Shown one piece after another: positions 37,671 to 49,762 of a DNA stretch of 64,000 nucleotides (the stretch's first letter is position 1; each line of letters begins with the position of its first letter). This DNA comes from Peribolospora baueri (Eukaryota). A model generated the notes under the pieces. That model had not been told where the DNA came from, did no database searches, and was given only the letters and a program-made list of their open reading frames with translations. The translations under genes were made by a program, and so were the position numbers. The stretch spans positions 1 through 64,000 of the forward strand of contig JAMDHS010000070.1 in NCBI GenBank assembly GCA_029717555.1, read 5' to 3'.

Positions 37671-38574
37671 ACCCACCGGTCGTCCTGGCTGGTTCTATGG
37701 CGCTGATTCGTGGTATCTCACGTGTATGTGCACGTTGTACGCGTCGCGTGTATAGGAGTCCTCGCTCACAACCCTAGTGCACGCTGTGCCGGGTCCCCAG
37801 CCCATCTTTCCTCGATCGCTCCTCCGCCTACGTTAACCCCAGGTTACGTTCATTCCTGCTCGTCTTCAAGCACCAGAATGCCGGCCCTCTCATCTGTCCG
37901 CATTAGCGTCCACGTGACTAACGATTCTCCGTCAACCAGTGCTCGTCGAGTTCACTGATGGTACCTTCGAGGTGTTGAGTTACGCCGATCAAGCGGTCAG
38001 TCAACACGACGAAGTTGGGCAGCAGCGACATCCCCCACGCTCCCGGTGCGGCCAAACAGGCACATAAAGCAGTCAGTGCTCCACGCGCTACGATCCGTCG
38101 CCAAGCGGCCGCCCGCCGGCAAGCGATAAGGCCCGTCTGTAACAGAATAAGGTATGTGCAAAAGGTGTTTCCTCCAAAACGAGCTCCCGGCGACGGGGAG
38201 ATGACTACCCTACAGGCGATTCCCACCGCGGCCACGTGTCCAAGGTGATCAGGTCACGCACGCTCGCCGTTACGCCGTCCTCTTCGCCTGGGTCGACGCG
38301 GACAGGGTCATCAAGTTTATCAAGTGTTCGTACGACGTCAAACAGGTGTCCTTACCTGTCGTCGAGCCGCAACGTCTTCTCCGGCGGCTCAAGGGCTCGC
38401 AGAGCTAGCTGTTTTCAGCAATGGGTTCAGCATGTGCATCATGTGCCTTGTGGGACATGCCCTTTTGAGTAGCTAGAGGAAAGTTCTGACATAACACTCC
38501 TTTCCCTTTCGTGAACGGCCTCTCGACAGTTGACTGACAGGTCCTCACGTTAGCTCTTCGTCGACAGGATAGGA

Positions 38575-39095
38575 CAAAGACATCACTACTGCCTTCTCGC
38601 TATCGGTCTCACCGCCGTCTCCGCCTGGATATTCCCCTCGTCGACCGGATATATGCCTTCTCGCCATCGGTCTCATTGCCGTCTCCGCCTGGATATTCCC
38701 CTCGTCGACAGGATCACTGCCTTCTCGCCATCGGCTTCGTCGCCGTCTTCGCCTGGATATTCCCCTCGGCAAAGACATCACTGCCGTCTCGCCATCGGTC
38801 TCATCGCCGTCTCCGCCTGGATATTCCCCTCGTCGACAGGATCACTGCCTTCTCGCCATCGGCTTCGTCGCCGTCTTCGCCTGGATATTCCCCTCGGCAA
38901 AGACATCACTGCCTTCTCGCCATCGGTCTCATCGCCGTCTTCGCCTGGATATTCCCCTCGTCGACCGGATATATGCCTTCTCGCCATCCGGCTTCATCGC
39001 CGTCTTCGCCTGGATATTCCCCTCGACGACAGGATCACTGCCTTCTCGCCATCGGCTTCGTCGCCGTCTTCGCCTGGATATTCCCCTCGTCGACC
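38575..39095. repeat. 64-bp minisatellite, 8 copies, followed by a T-rich tract
   Basis: Core GCCTGGATATTCCCCTCG at 38623, 38687, 38751, 38815, 38879, 38943, 39008 and 39072. Confidence 0.95.
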
Positions 39096-40077
39096 TGCAT
39101 TCCCGCCATCGGTCTCGAACTTTTTTCTTTTTTCTTTTTTCTTTTTTCTTTTTCTTTTCTTTTCTTTTTTTTTTTTTTCAAATCTTCCACTCTCGACCTG
39201 TCAGGTATGATGCTAATTTCAACGATGCTACTACCAGCGCGGTCTTTTCTGGAGACGACGAGTACGGTCAGAGAAAGCCGATTAATGTAAGGATAGTTGT
39301 CAAGTGCCACGCGTCCTAGTCAATAAAAAGAACTGGCGGGCAAGATTTTGGATGATCCAACAAACAGTTATGACGGGCCAAAAGAAATAGGCGAAAAAAA
39401 ATCTGGGAGAAAAAAGAATTCGTTCAAAACACTCAGAGGCTCCTAGATAAAATTTTCGGGCGTGAGGACGTGCACGTCCTTGCGAAAGAGTGACAATTCT
39501 GCTTCCCAAGGTGCGCTTAAGTGGGAGTTGGAAGCTCACACTGGTCTAATTATTTTCGATCAGCGTCTGCCCAGTTCCGGTGTGGAAAAACAACAACTGG
39601 GTACCTTGCATGATGTTTTCAGGGCGGGGTGCAACTTTCGAATTTTTTTAGATGTGGTATATTTAAGGCAAATCTTGACAGAAAGACGAGACGGACGGTA
39701 TGAGCTGGTATCAGAATGACCGTGGGTACATATGCCCGAAGTAACGTTTTCAAAGTTTGTCATCGTGACCTGTCTTTTGAAATACTTTGAGAACTGCGTC
39801 AAACTTTACGAGGCCGGGCAACCGATATGAAAACCGTCGTTTTCAACGTGAAGTGGATTTTACATCTTACGCTATCGTCGCGACGTCGTTATTGTTATAC
39901 ATAAAGATGCAGCCGACTGGAACATGTTATGCTTCTCATGATTGACTAGTTGCGTTGACATAGACGATGGCGAGCTGGAGCATGCCCATTGAAACCGAAA
40001 CGAGGTGCCCATGTTATGCCTCTCAAGATTGACGAGGTGGCATTGGCATAGACGAAGGCGAGCCAGTAAGGAACGCA

Positions 40078-43000
40078 TCAATGTCTCATCCTCTTGGGCC
40101 TCCCACCAAAACCCGTGAACGTCAGGTCTTCGTCGTCACTGTCGTCCATGATTGTAAATGCGGCTCGCTTGCCCTTCTGCAACGTGAGATGCGGCTTGTG
40201 TGATGTTGGCTCGGACGGATGCGACGACGTCACAGTAGTTTGCGACGCCGAGCCAGCGACAACAAGCTGCGGAGCTCGCTTGGGCGCTCGAGCGAGGTTG
40301 GGCACCTGGTCCTCTTCTACGTCTAATAAGCACACGGGGGCTCGCTCGCGGGCGGGCTTCTTCTGCACGCAGGCCGGAAACGGTTTGGGAATGAGCTGAC
40401 TGCGCTTACGAAAGAGAGCCACAGCACATTTACCTGCTTGAACTTCTTGAAATTTGGAACTCCGTCACACTCTTGCCCTCTGCTCGATTGCTTGGTATGA
40501 GTTGTCCGCACGAGCGGAACGAAGTCGACCTGGATGAAGTTACCTCGCACGTTGTCGACGGCCATCTCATCCAATGCCGCACGGATTGAGCCGTATTGGT
40601 TCAGGGAGCCCGTTTGAATGTCGGCATCCATCTCATCTGAAGCGGTACGAGCCTTATCTCGCAGGTAGAGGCTGTTAACGTCCATATTCCTCGAAGCGAC
40701 GCGAGCCTTGCGTTGCCGATTCATCGTGCCTGCTTCTGCTTTCTCAGTCGCGTCCATCTCGGCTGCGGCAGGTGTCGTGGAGTCTCGCCGACTGACCGCC
40801 CTCGGCCCGCCCTGGCCGTCCATTTCTATTTGAATGTCGTGAGGGGAGCCCTGCTGGCGTGTCGTTCCTATGCTCTCCACGCCCATCTGCTCTGAAGCGG
40901 CAAGAGCCAGGTCCTGTTGGCGAGTTGCTCCCAATTGACTCTCGGCCGTAATCTCGTTTAACGCCGCACGGTATTTCTTCGAGAGCGGCTCGCTGTCTCT
41001 TTGAACGGCGGAGGCCGAGCCAGGGCGGCTATCGAAGCGAGCAGAATCGTCAGTTTCCTCGAAGACGTTCGCTCTGCGCTTCAGCTTCGATGTATGTCGA
41101 CGCTACGTAAGGAGAAGGAGAGAGAAGCAGTCAATGTATGCTATGGGATCTGAGCAGTCAATGAGGCTGGGCGTTTGGGCGGGCACTTGCGGACCGCTGA
41201 CGCACCGTTGAAGGTTCAATGTCTCCTTGTGGCGCGCTCGCTTGCTCAGCTGCAACCTGAGCACTGGCATCTGGAGCCAAATCAGGCTCCTGCTGGGATG
41301 GAGCTGTAGAAGGGACGTTGAAGCCAAGAAGCTCGTCAAGCACGTTCTCGGCCCTCCCCGCTGCAGCTCGTCGTTTGAGAGACTACAAAAGTCAGCGAAA
41401 GAGATAACAAAGTGAGCCACGCATTCGTCAGCAGCGCAACTAAGACAAAGAACACATGCGTGCTACCTGCCTTCTTTGCGGGCTCAGAAGCTGGCGGTTC
41501 AACGCTCGCCTGCGGTGAGGTTTCCTTGGGCTTGGCAGGGGTTGGATTAAAGTCGGAAGGGTGCGTGGCCGGAACACCTTCATCTGTCAGTCGCGGCTCA
41601 GCCGCAATGACCGAGGCTGAAAAAGAGCATTCCACGAATGATAGAAAATAAGATCGCTTCAGCAAGAGACATAACATTACTGGCGCAGCTTTTTGCATGA
41701 ACTTGCGGTACTGACAACGCTGGCTCAAGTCTTCTAGGGTCGGGCTGACCAGTTGGGCTCGACATTGAATGAAGAGTATTGAGAGATGCACACAGGACCT
41801 ATCCGTGACTCGTACTTGGAGTCTGCAAAAATCATGGGAACAGAGCGGCCGGTCATCACAACGCCATCAAAGCAACCCTGGCAGGGCATTTATACTCACC
41901 TTTCCGCAGCTGTCCTTAAGACGTGGTAGTCGCCTTCCTCAAAAGTCGGTACGAGGACAACAAGACCTCCGTCTGGAATATCCTGGTTGTGGCTCTCTGA
42001 AGCCCGGATGGTTGCTTGTTTCTTAATTGGCATCAGATGCAGGGCAATTTCGTCCACGTCGTTCAGGGGATGCGCCGTCAGATCATGGAGTACAATGGTT
42101 CCCCCAGCCTTCTTGATCGACTCGACGTCCTTGTCATCCTGGATGCAAGTAGCGAAAACGAACGAGCTTCAATGAGTGCGATAGAACGCTCGAGAGGCGC
42201 AGATCAAAATGAGGCAATGCGACACACTCACTTCATCGCCGCCTCCTATGACTAAAAAGGTGATGCCGTCGAACATGTTCTTCCGGCGATCGTTCGGAGC
42301 CCAAAGACTTTTCGCGTCGATGTCTTGCAGTTGTGGGTAGGTCGATTGAAAAGTGGGGAAATACGCCGTGGGATCCGGTAATAGGAACTTCTCCTCGAGC
42401 GATGGACCCTGCGCCCCACCCAACGCAGCCGTGACGTCACTTGAAGGCGGCCGCTGGCCCAGCCGAAGGAACTCTTCGAGATAGTCATCGGTCACAAACC
42501 TTGCGCCAGCCACTGCAGCCGCCACAGGGCTGTAGGTGAGCTTAAGGATGGGGACAACGAAATGCGTCACTCGGTCCGTCATCTTTCGAGAAGCATGTAG
42601 GCCTGCGGAGTAAGGACGTCGGATATTCTTCAATCGAAACAGCATTGCCATCGGAACTCGCTTAAATTCGCTCTCACCTAACGTGGCCAGTTGCTTGCTT
42701 CGCTCTCGAAATTCGTTCGTCTTTACTTTGAGGACGAAAACGAAAGGGCGCCATGTCACGCTGTCATTTTCGAAAGAGTACGACGGTGGAGCCTTAGATG
42801 ATCGTCAACTTATGTTGGAGCCGGGTCTGACCGCCAGCCGCCTTCAAGCGAAGCGGAAGAGATGGTTCCAGCTGGATACGACGAAACAACAATTGGGGAT
42901 CAGAGACCCACAATATGTGCTTCTCTTCCGTGAGACGCAGCTTGTCTCCACTACAGAGTCGCTCTTGAGAGTCCGGGGCCACCGTTATCTCCTCCCCGTT

Positions 43001-43464
43001 TCCGCGGACGATGGTTATTTGCTTTTTTCCGCCATGCCAATCGAGTGTGGGTCGGGCGTTGAGGTTCGCCTGAGGACAATCAGGGGCATCTCAGGTCAAA
43101 ACTTGATCAGATCAGATGTCCCCACCAAGTGGATCACGACACGGAAGGAGGCGCTTCCCAAAAGGGCCACCTGGCGATTCCGACGGCCTTGTGTGCTCAC
43201 CACGTCTTCTGGCGTAAAAGGACCAACTACTAGCTTGCCATGATCCCTGCTCACTGGTTGGTGAGGGATAGTCAAGTCCGCCGTTTTCCGCCCGACCTTA
43301 TATTCCTTGCCCGGCTTCAATAACTTCTCATAGCGAACTGAGGGTCCCCATCGGTTCGATCGTTGGCAAGTTATCAGAAAGACGAACAGTAACAGCGCCG
43401 GCCAGCATCGCACTCTTTGCTCACCGCTTACGTCGGCGTCGAATTGGCCCTCAACAATCCACAT
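40078..43464 (-). CDS. NBS1: Nibrin/Nbs1 (MRN complex), multi-exon
   Basis: N-terminal MWIVEG plus FHA (YKVGRK...VSRDHG), BRCT (VTHFV, RKNMFDGITF), Mre11-binding NFKKFK and C-terminal acidic DDSDDEDLTFTGF (Tel1/ATM-binding type). Confidence 0.9.
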
Positions 43465-43681
43465 GGCGCTAGGGGGAGAGGGGGGGCGGTTCAGGATGGA
43501 GTGGTGACTGAAACCGAGAAGGACGACTCGATCACGGACGGACTCTCTATCTAGCTGGGCGCGCAGACCGTGTTAATTGAGGATTGCTGCGGCGCCAGCG
43601 GCACTATTGGAGGCCCCCGACTCACTAACTTTTCCGTCACCACCACCGTGAAAGCACTGATTTCCCGAGAGTTCTCTCAGG

Positions 43682-45111
43682 ATGGCGACAAAGGCTGCGA
43701 CAAGGAGGGTGAGTATGCAAAGTTCCAGTGCCGGACCGGTTCGACTAGGCTCTACGGTCCAAGGTCCTGTCAAGCGAGCCGGTCGGAGACATCAGGTTAC
43801 CTGCTGACCTGCTGTCGGGAACGACTTGGTCCACGGAGGCTCATATTTTCTTCGTTTTTCGTCTTATTTTCGTTTTATCAGCTCCAAAAGGAGTACGCCA
43901 ACATGTTGAAGGAGCCTCCGCCGTTCATTTTTGCCAGACCCAAGGAGAATGACGTCCTGGAATGGTGAGCGGACGGGTGCCCTTCGGGCTTCTTGCCAGA
44001 GCGCGGTGCCTTTGCTCCGTGATGCGGCTGGTCGAAGCCAGAACGTCCGTCTGCTCACCTTCCTCTACCTATCTGCCGCTCATAGGCATTATATCCTCCG
44101 CGGCCCTCCCGACACTCCCTACGAAGGAGGCGAGTATCACGGCACCCTTACTTTCCCCTCCGATTATCCCTTCAAACCACCGCGGATCAAGATGTCTACC
44201 CCTTCAGGACGTTTTGTTCCGGATACTCCGATTTGCACGAGCTTTTCGTAAGCTTCGCGTTTAAATACCAGCATCAGGACACGCCTTTTGAGAGCGAGAG
44301 CAGCAAAAGTGACCTTTTCCCCTCACTGGCTCCCTTACCGGGTCGTGAACACAAATCCAGCGACTTCCATCCAGGCTCCTGGAATCCCGCCTTCTCCGTG
44401 AACAACATCCTTGTAGGCCTGCTGTCGTTCATGTGTTCGGATGAGATAACAACAGGAGCTGTGCGTATGCAAATCTTGGCTCTTCACTTTGCTCCCCCCA
44501 GACTGATTCCCGATCTTCTCGGGCGCCCGACTTCATTTACTTCACCCCGACTTCATTTGGCCCGACCGTCTCGAGCAGATGACAGCCAGCGATGCGGAAC
44601 GACGCGCCCTCGCTGCCCGGTCACACGCACACAACTGCGCACAACTGCGATTCTGCAAGATCTTCCCCGAGTACGCGGACCCGAAGGTATTGAGGGACGT
44701 TCCGAACATGGATGGTGCGAAGGATCTCAAGCCCAAAGATGCTGGGGAGGAGGTGGAGGTGAAGGGCGTGCCGGCGGGAGTGGCGCGGGCGAGGGAAAAT
44801 GGCGATGTGAGTAGATGGGATCCCTCTTCCTTGCGGGATCCATTGTCCTTGCGGGGGATGCGTTGACGGAATGCGTCCGGCTCATCCTCGCACAGCAATC
44901 TCTTCCGACAGGCCGTATGACTCCTTCTTCCTCATCACTCCATCACCCTCCACACACCGCCGATGAGTCGGCAATAGAGGACGCGGCCGCGCCAATAGTA
45001 CGACGACGCTCGATGGTACTGGCGTTCGGCATGTTTGTGCTTATTCTGGCCATCAGCGTGGCGTACGGGCCGGGGGAGGGTCAACGACGCCGTGAGGGTG
45101 GGCGTCTTTGA
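43682..45111 (+). CDS. UBC6: ER tail-anchored ubiquitin-conjugating enzyme E2 (Ubc6/UBE2J2)
   Basis: [14 protein letters not shown]...[30 protein letters not shown]...[10 protein letters not shown]...TPSGRF...[15 protein letters not shown] and a C-terminal hydrophobic helix. Confidence 0.95.
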
Positions 45112-46986
45112 GAATACAAAGTAGGGCGCGGACGATCTACGTCGGTAGCGAGCAGCCCTACTGGCTATCTCTTGTATTCGTACATATGAGGGACCCGGTA
45201 CCTCAGGATAATCTATCTCCCTGGAACGAGGTGCGATAAAGGCGGCAGTCTCACAGACGGGTTCATATAGGGACGAGACGAAGTAGGGAGCCGATCGGCT
45301 CACGCAGACGGCCTGGAGTGCGACCAAGGCGGCCGGCGTGGGGCCCGACTGCGGCGTGGCAGAGTGGGTGGGAGATCATTGCGAGATGAATCTTATTACA
45401 CTATGCGAGACAATGGCCAGCTCCTTGTTCTACAAATGAACTAGCTAATAATAAGGAGGATGGCGGAGGGATGGAAGGGATAGAATGAAGAAGGGAAAGG
45501 GCGACGCCGGCCAATGACCCGACCCGAGTCCGACTGGCCATGCCGACGACGGAGGGCGGCAATCTGATTGCAGATAGATTCTTGCTTGGCCGTGATTGAT
45601 TGATTGCCTGTGCGTGTGACGAATGACGTTGATCGTCGTCCTCGCCACCATTGTCCCCTTCTGCGCGTATTTCCACCGCATCCCTCGCTCACTCAGACCA
45701 AGCTCGACGCTCTCGTGGTCGCTCAGCTGACTTAACCTCGACAGCCCACACTGGCGTCGACGGCAACGGACCGGCAGCCGGGAACCTTCGTCGGGCTCAC
45801 GCAACCCCCTGTGCGAGCTTCTTTCATTCGATGACGAGACGGACAATGGGATCCGTCGAGGACGGTTCACCGTTCACAAAGTGGCAGGACGTCGAGCGGC
45901 CGATACTCATGCGTACGTGCGCACGATGAAGCCGCCTTGGCTCGCGGACGTTTCGATGGTAGGCGAGCCTCCACTTACGTTGACTCCATAATAGCTTCCT
46001 CAATACCGGAGCGGAAGACCCACAGACACCTGCCGCGGTGCGAATTGTGTAAGCCAAGGAGAGGAGAGCATAAGAGGGAAGGGGGGCTCGCGCAAGTGCT
46101 TGCTTGCCCGCTTTGTCCTTGCATTCCGCTTTCTTGCCGCTTGATGTCTGCTCTGACGGATTTTGGATTTGTATGCACGCACGTCTGCATTCTCTATTTA
46201 GTTCCGCGCGTAGTGGGGCCCTCTCTTTGTTTTCGGGCTCAATGTACTGCCATCGAGGACATACATGGACTTGTGGGCCCGTCGATCGTCGCAAGTTGAC
46301 CTCTGCCTTCTCTTTTTCCGTCCGGATCGCAAGCCGTCTTTGAAGAGAGCCATTTACGGCCACGCACGATGCCCCACGGGTCGCTCAGAGACACCCGGCC
46401 GTCCGACGTACATCATTAAGCTGCGCAGGCAGATACGCTTTGCACAAAGGGCACCTTCCGATATGCCTACGCTAGGATGAACGCAACGCGACCCTTCCTT
46501 TTTCCTTCTCAGGCTTGCATCCTCCTCCTGCACTACTCTCGAGGGAGACCACGAGAATGGCTCGCAATACGGTTCATCATCTCGGTCTGGCATTTTGCGT
46601 CGTTGTCAAGCCTTCCCTCTGCAACTCTCAGCCCTCCTCGCCCCAGATAGTTCGACGTACGTCTATGCAGCCAAACGGCCAGATAGCCAGCTGTTCAAGA
46701 GCCTCAAAAGCAGCGATAGCCGCTCGTCGAAGGGAGTGAGAAGCCTTATTTAAGGACGTTGTCTTCCCATCTAGACCGATTCCTGCTCATTGGCAGCTCT
46801 CTCATTGGCAGCTCTTGTGTCTGTTCCGCACGACCATTTCCACAGTCGCCGTCGGCAGCGGCACGACTTGTCTGGCCCGACCGTTAACCCCCTCTGCCTT
46901 CGCCCTCGTCGACAGTCTGGCCTCTCTACCTACCCGTACTTTGCATTCTCCCGCTCTGAGGGCGATTCCCCTCGACTTCATCCGCC

Positions 46987-48935
46987 ATGGTCAGCTGGTC
47001 CAGCGACGACGAGGTGAGCCCCGGATGGCGTGGTCGTCAGGTTGAGCACAAACAGCTGACCTTTGTCGTCTCGTATCATACCGTATTGTTCTGGCATGTC
47101 GTTCCCGGCGTCCCTTCAACTGTAGGTCGTCCGTGACCTTCAAGTCTGTGAGCGACAACGTCTTTCGTCTTCAGCGTCACGTCGGACAGGTCAAAGGACA
47201 CAGTAAACTGACCTCTCCCATCATGCTCCCCGCAGATCGCGGTAAGCTACGGAGTGCACTTCGACCCAACCGATCGGATCGACAGGTTCGCATGCGACTG
47301 TGACAAGACATTGACCCCACCCTTGCTATCGGGACCGCGATGCGACTTCGTCGATAGCCTATGTGTATTGCGTCTTTGGACTTTACGTCTGGGAGGTGAG
47401 AGAAGACCTATAGGCCCCAGTTGCACGATTGAGGATCTGTGTGAGGGTAACGTCCGCCCGCTCTCGGTCTCGTTTCCTTTCCCCGACGTTTAGGTGATCA
47501 CTACGGTGGGTCGTCGCGTCTCTTCTTGCGTTTCAATCCCTATGCCAGTCGACCTCCATCGACTGATTGAGCCACTCTCTCGCCTTGCCTCCCTCCAGCT
47601 GCATTATGACTATAAACTCCTCACCGGCAGGATCAAATTTAAATGGGTGAGCTCGCCATTGTCCATGCTGACTGGTTCGCATCTTGAGGGAACCACCGAC
47701 GCGAAACACCAAGTTCCACATTTCCTCCTCCTCCTTATTTGCAGCCCTCGTACCTCTACTTCATCGGTCGGTATGTGACGTTTGCCACGCTCTCCGTCAC
47801 GTAAGTTTTGTCTCGTCCGGCCAGACCTTTCCCGGCATCCTTGGCAGTGTCCGCTGACCCCGGCGTCGGAGCGATGCCCAACAGCATGTACAACATCGAC
47901 GTCATGGACCACCCGATCGATTGTCAATCGACCATTAACGCCATACCCGCCCTCGTCGGCATTGGCGTCTCGGCAGCCTCGGGAATCTTCATTTTGCGCA
48001 CCGTCGCCATATGGCGCGGCGCCAGATGGGTCGCTGTCCTGCTTTCCCTCATGTGGGCCACGAACTTGGCACTGTGGATGCGTGAAATTCAGGCTTCAAT
48101 TGAGATCTTCCAGCCCGGCTTTGGTTGCGTCGTCCTCAAGATTCGAGGATGGTTCTTGTCTCCCTACGCCTCAGCCGAAGGTGCGTAAAAGCGTCTCAGT
48201 CTCGGTGGCCATCGTTTAAATGACGTGGACTTCTTCTTCTTCTTCGTTCCTCGTCACAGTCGTCGACGGTACGACCCTCTTCCTGGCGGCTTACAGGTTT
48301 CTCATAGCCCACCGGGGGCCGGGACTCACCCTCTTTGGATTGTCCAAGGTCCTTTTCCGCGACGGCCTCTCCTATTTCATAGTCACCTTCACCGTCAACA
48401 CCATCCAGCTCATTTTCGTCGCCCTCAACCTCAACGGGGTTATGGCCATCATGAACTCCCTTCTGACTCTCGTGCTGACGTGAGTAGAGATCTCGCACGA
48501 GACTACGTTGGCGCGCGTTCGCTAATGAAGATGGTCACTGACGTCCCCATTTCCTGCAGTGTCATCATGGCCAACCGCGCCGTCATGTCCCTCACTGCCG
48601 CCGGCCTGACGCCCAATTACAACACCACGGCCGTCTGGTCGCGCAGCAAGACCGGCGAACATGCCTACTTTCCCACGGAACGATATCAAAATGTCTTCAA
48701 CCCCGATGGCTTGGGAGGTCACAATGGCGTGGCCATCACGCAAACGCTCGAGCGTTTCGAGTCGCGCCGCGAAGCCGACGACCTGGAGGCGGAGGCCGCT
48801 TCCCCGCTCCCGCATCTCACCTTCCCGCTCGCCAGCCACGCCCCTTCCAACCACGGCGACGCATCCACGATTAGACGCAGCGATGTCGCTCACCAGTTCG
48901 TTCACGACGACAAGCCGGGGCGGGGCGAGGCGTGA
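46987..48935 (+). CDS. Multi-pass membrane protein, DUF6533/fungal GPCR-like family; exon model approximate
   Basis: MVSWSSDDE start, FGLYVWE, LHYDYKLLTGRIKFKW, YFIGRY, FILRTVAIW, LFRDGLSYF, LNLNGVM, SVIMANRAV. Confidence 0.75.
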
Positions 48936-49762
48936 TTCATTGCGCTCCGACGCCCAATGTTTGCAATGACGCTTGGCCCTCCTCAACTTCATCCGCTATG
49001 GTATTCATCGGCTCTTCAACGTCTTCCAGTCAAGGCGCTATTCCACCTTCTCCCAGGACGTGTTCCGTCTCCTCTCATGGTGTCCGTCTCCGGTAGCTGT
49101 TTCTTTATCTCCCTAGTGTCATCCAGTTTGGTTGGTCACCCTGTTGTCATCTTCTCCCGATCGCACAGTACCTCCTCCATTCTCTTCTCATGGCGGTCCG
49201 TCGGGCTGCATTCCATTCAAACATAGGTTTGTCCCGATCATTACCCCTCCCTACTCCTTTCACCGGCACCGCTTGCTCTTCTTCCTGTCGGGTCAATCTG
49301 GAAGCAGCCGTATGTATTCATTACTTTCTCCATTTCCATCCGTCGGTTTGTGGTTTGGCTGCTGGTGAACTATGGTCATTTTGCTTGGTTTCCTGTTGAT
49401 AAACCCTTTCCCCTCGGATGATTCTCTGGGCTTGAAATGGAATGAAGGAAGACGGTAACGGGTCTCCGTGATCAACGCTGGAGGTCTGACTTCGTTTTCG
49501 TATGACATTACCCGGCCTTCTTGGGCCTCCGTGTAGAAAAAACAGTTCATCCCCGAACGACAAGAGTCGCGTGGGCAAAGTAGTGCCTCAGGTGCCGAGA
49601 CGACAAGGACTAGGCAAACGCTCAAACTCTCTTACGTTGCTTGCCGATGACAGGCTTCAAGTATTAAGCCAGAACTAAGCTTTGTCCTATGTGTGTAGGG
49701 AAGGGAAGGATGGGTGCCATCAGTCACAAACAAATGGATGGTAGGGTGACCTTCCGCGACCT

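Noticed and set aside
38138..38490. Solo LTR (TGTAACAGAA...TTCTGACA)
   Set aside because: The terminal match is weak, and no TSD, second copy or clear PBS/PPT was found.
38575..39095. CRISPR-like array (constant core with variable intervals)
   Set aside because: The intervals are near-identical reused variants rather than unique spacers, there are no cas genes and the context is eukaryotic.
38653..39290. Repetitive ORFs (SSPSSPGYSP) resembling a Pol II CTD or a pheromone precursor
   Set aside because: The 64-bp unit is not a multiple of 3, so the peptide cycles through frames. There is no CaaX end. It is a by-product of the minisatellite.
39300..39850. Possible transposon end or transposase fragment
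   Set aside because: AT-rich and TE-like in context, but no diagnostic motif could be identified by eye.
45824..46363. 179-aa minus-strand ORF
   Set aside because: Non-ATG start, no recognisable motif and no splice or codon-bias support.
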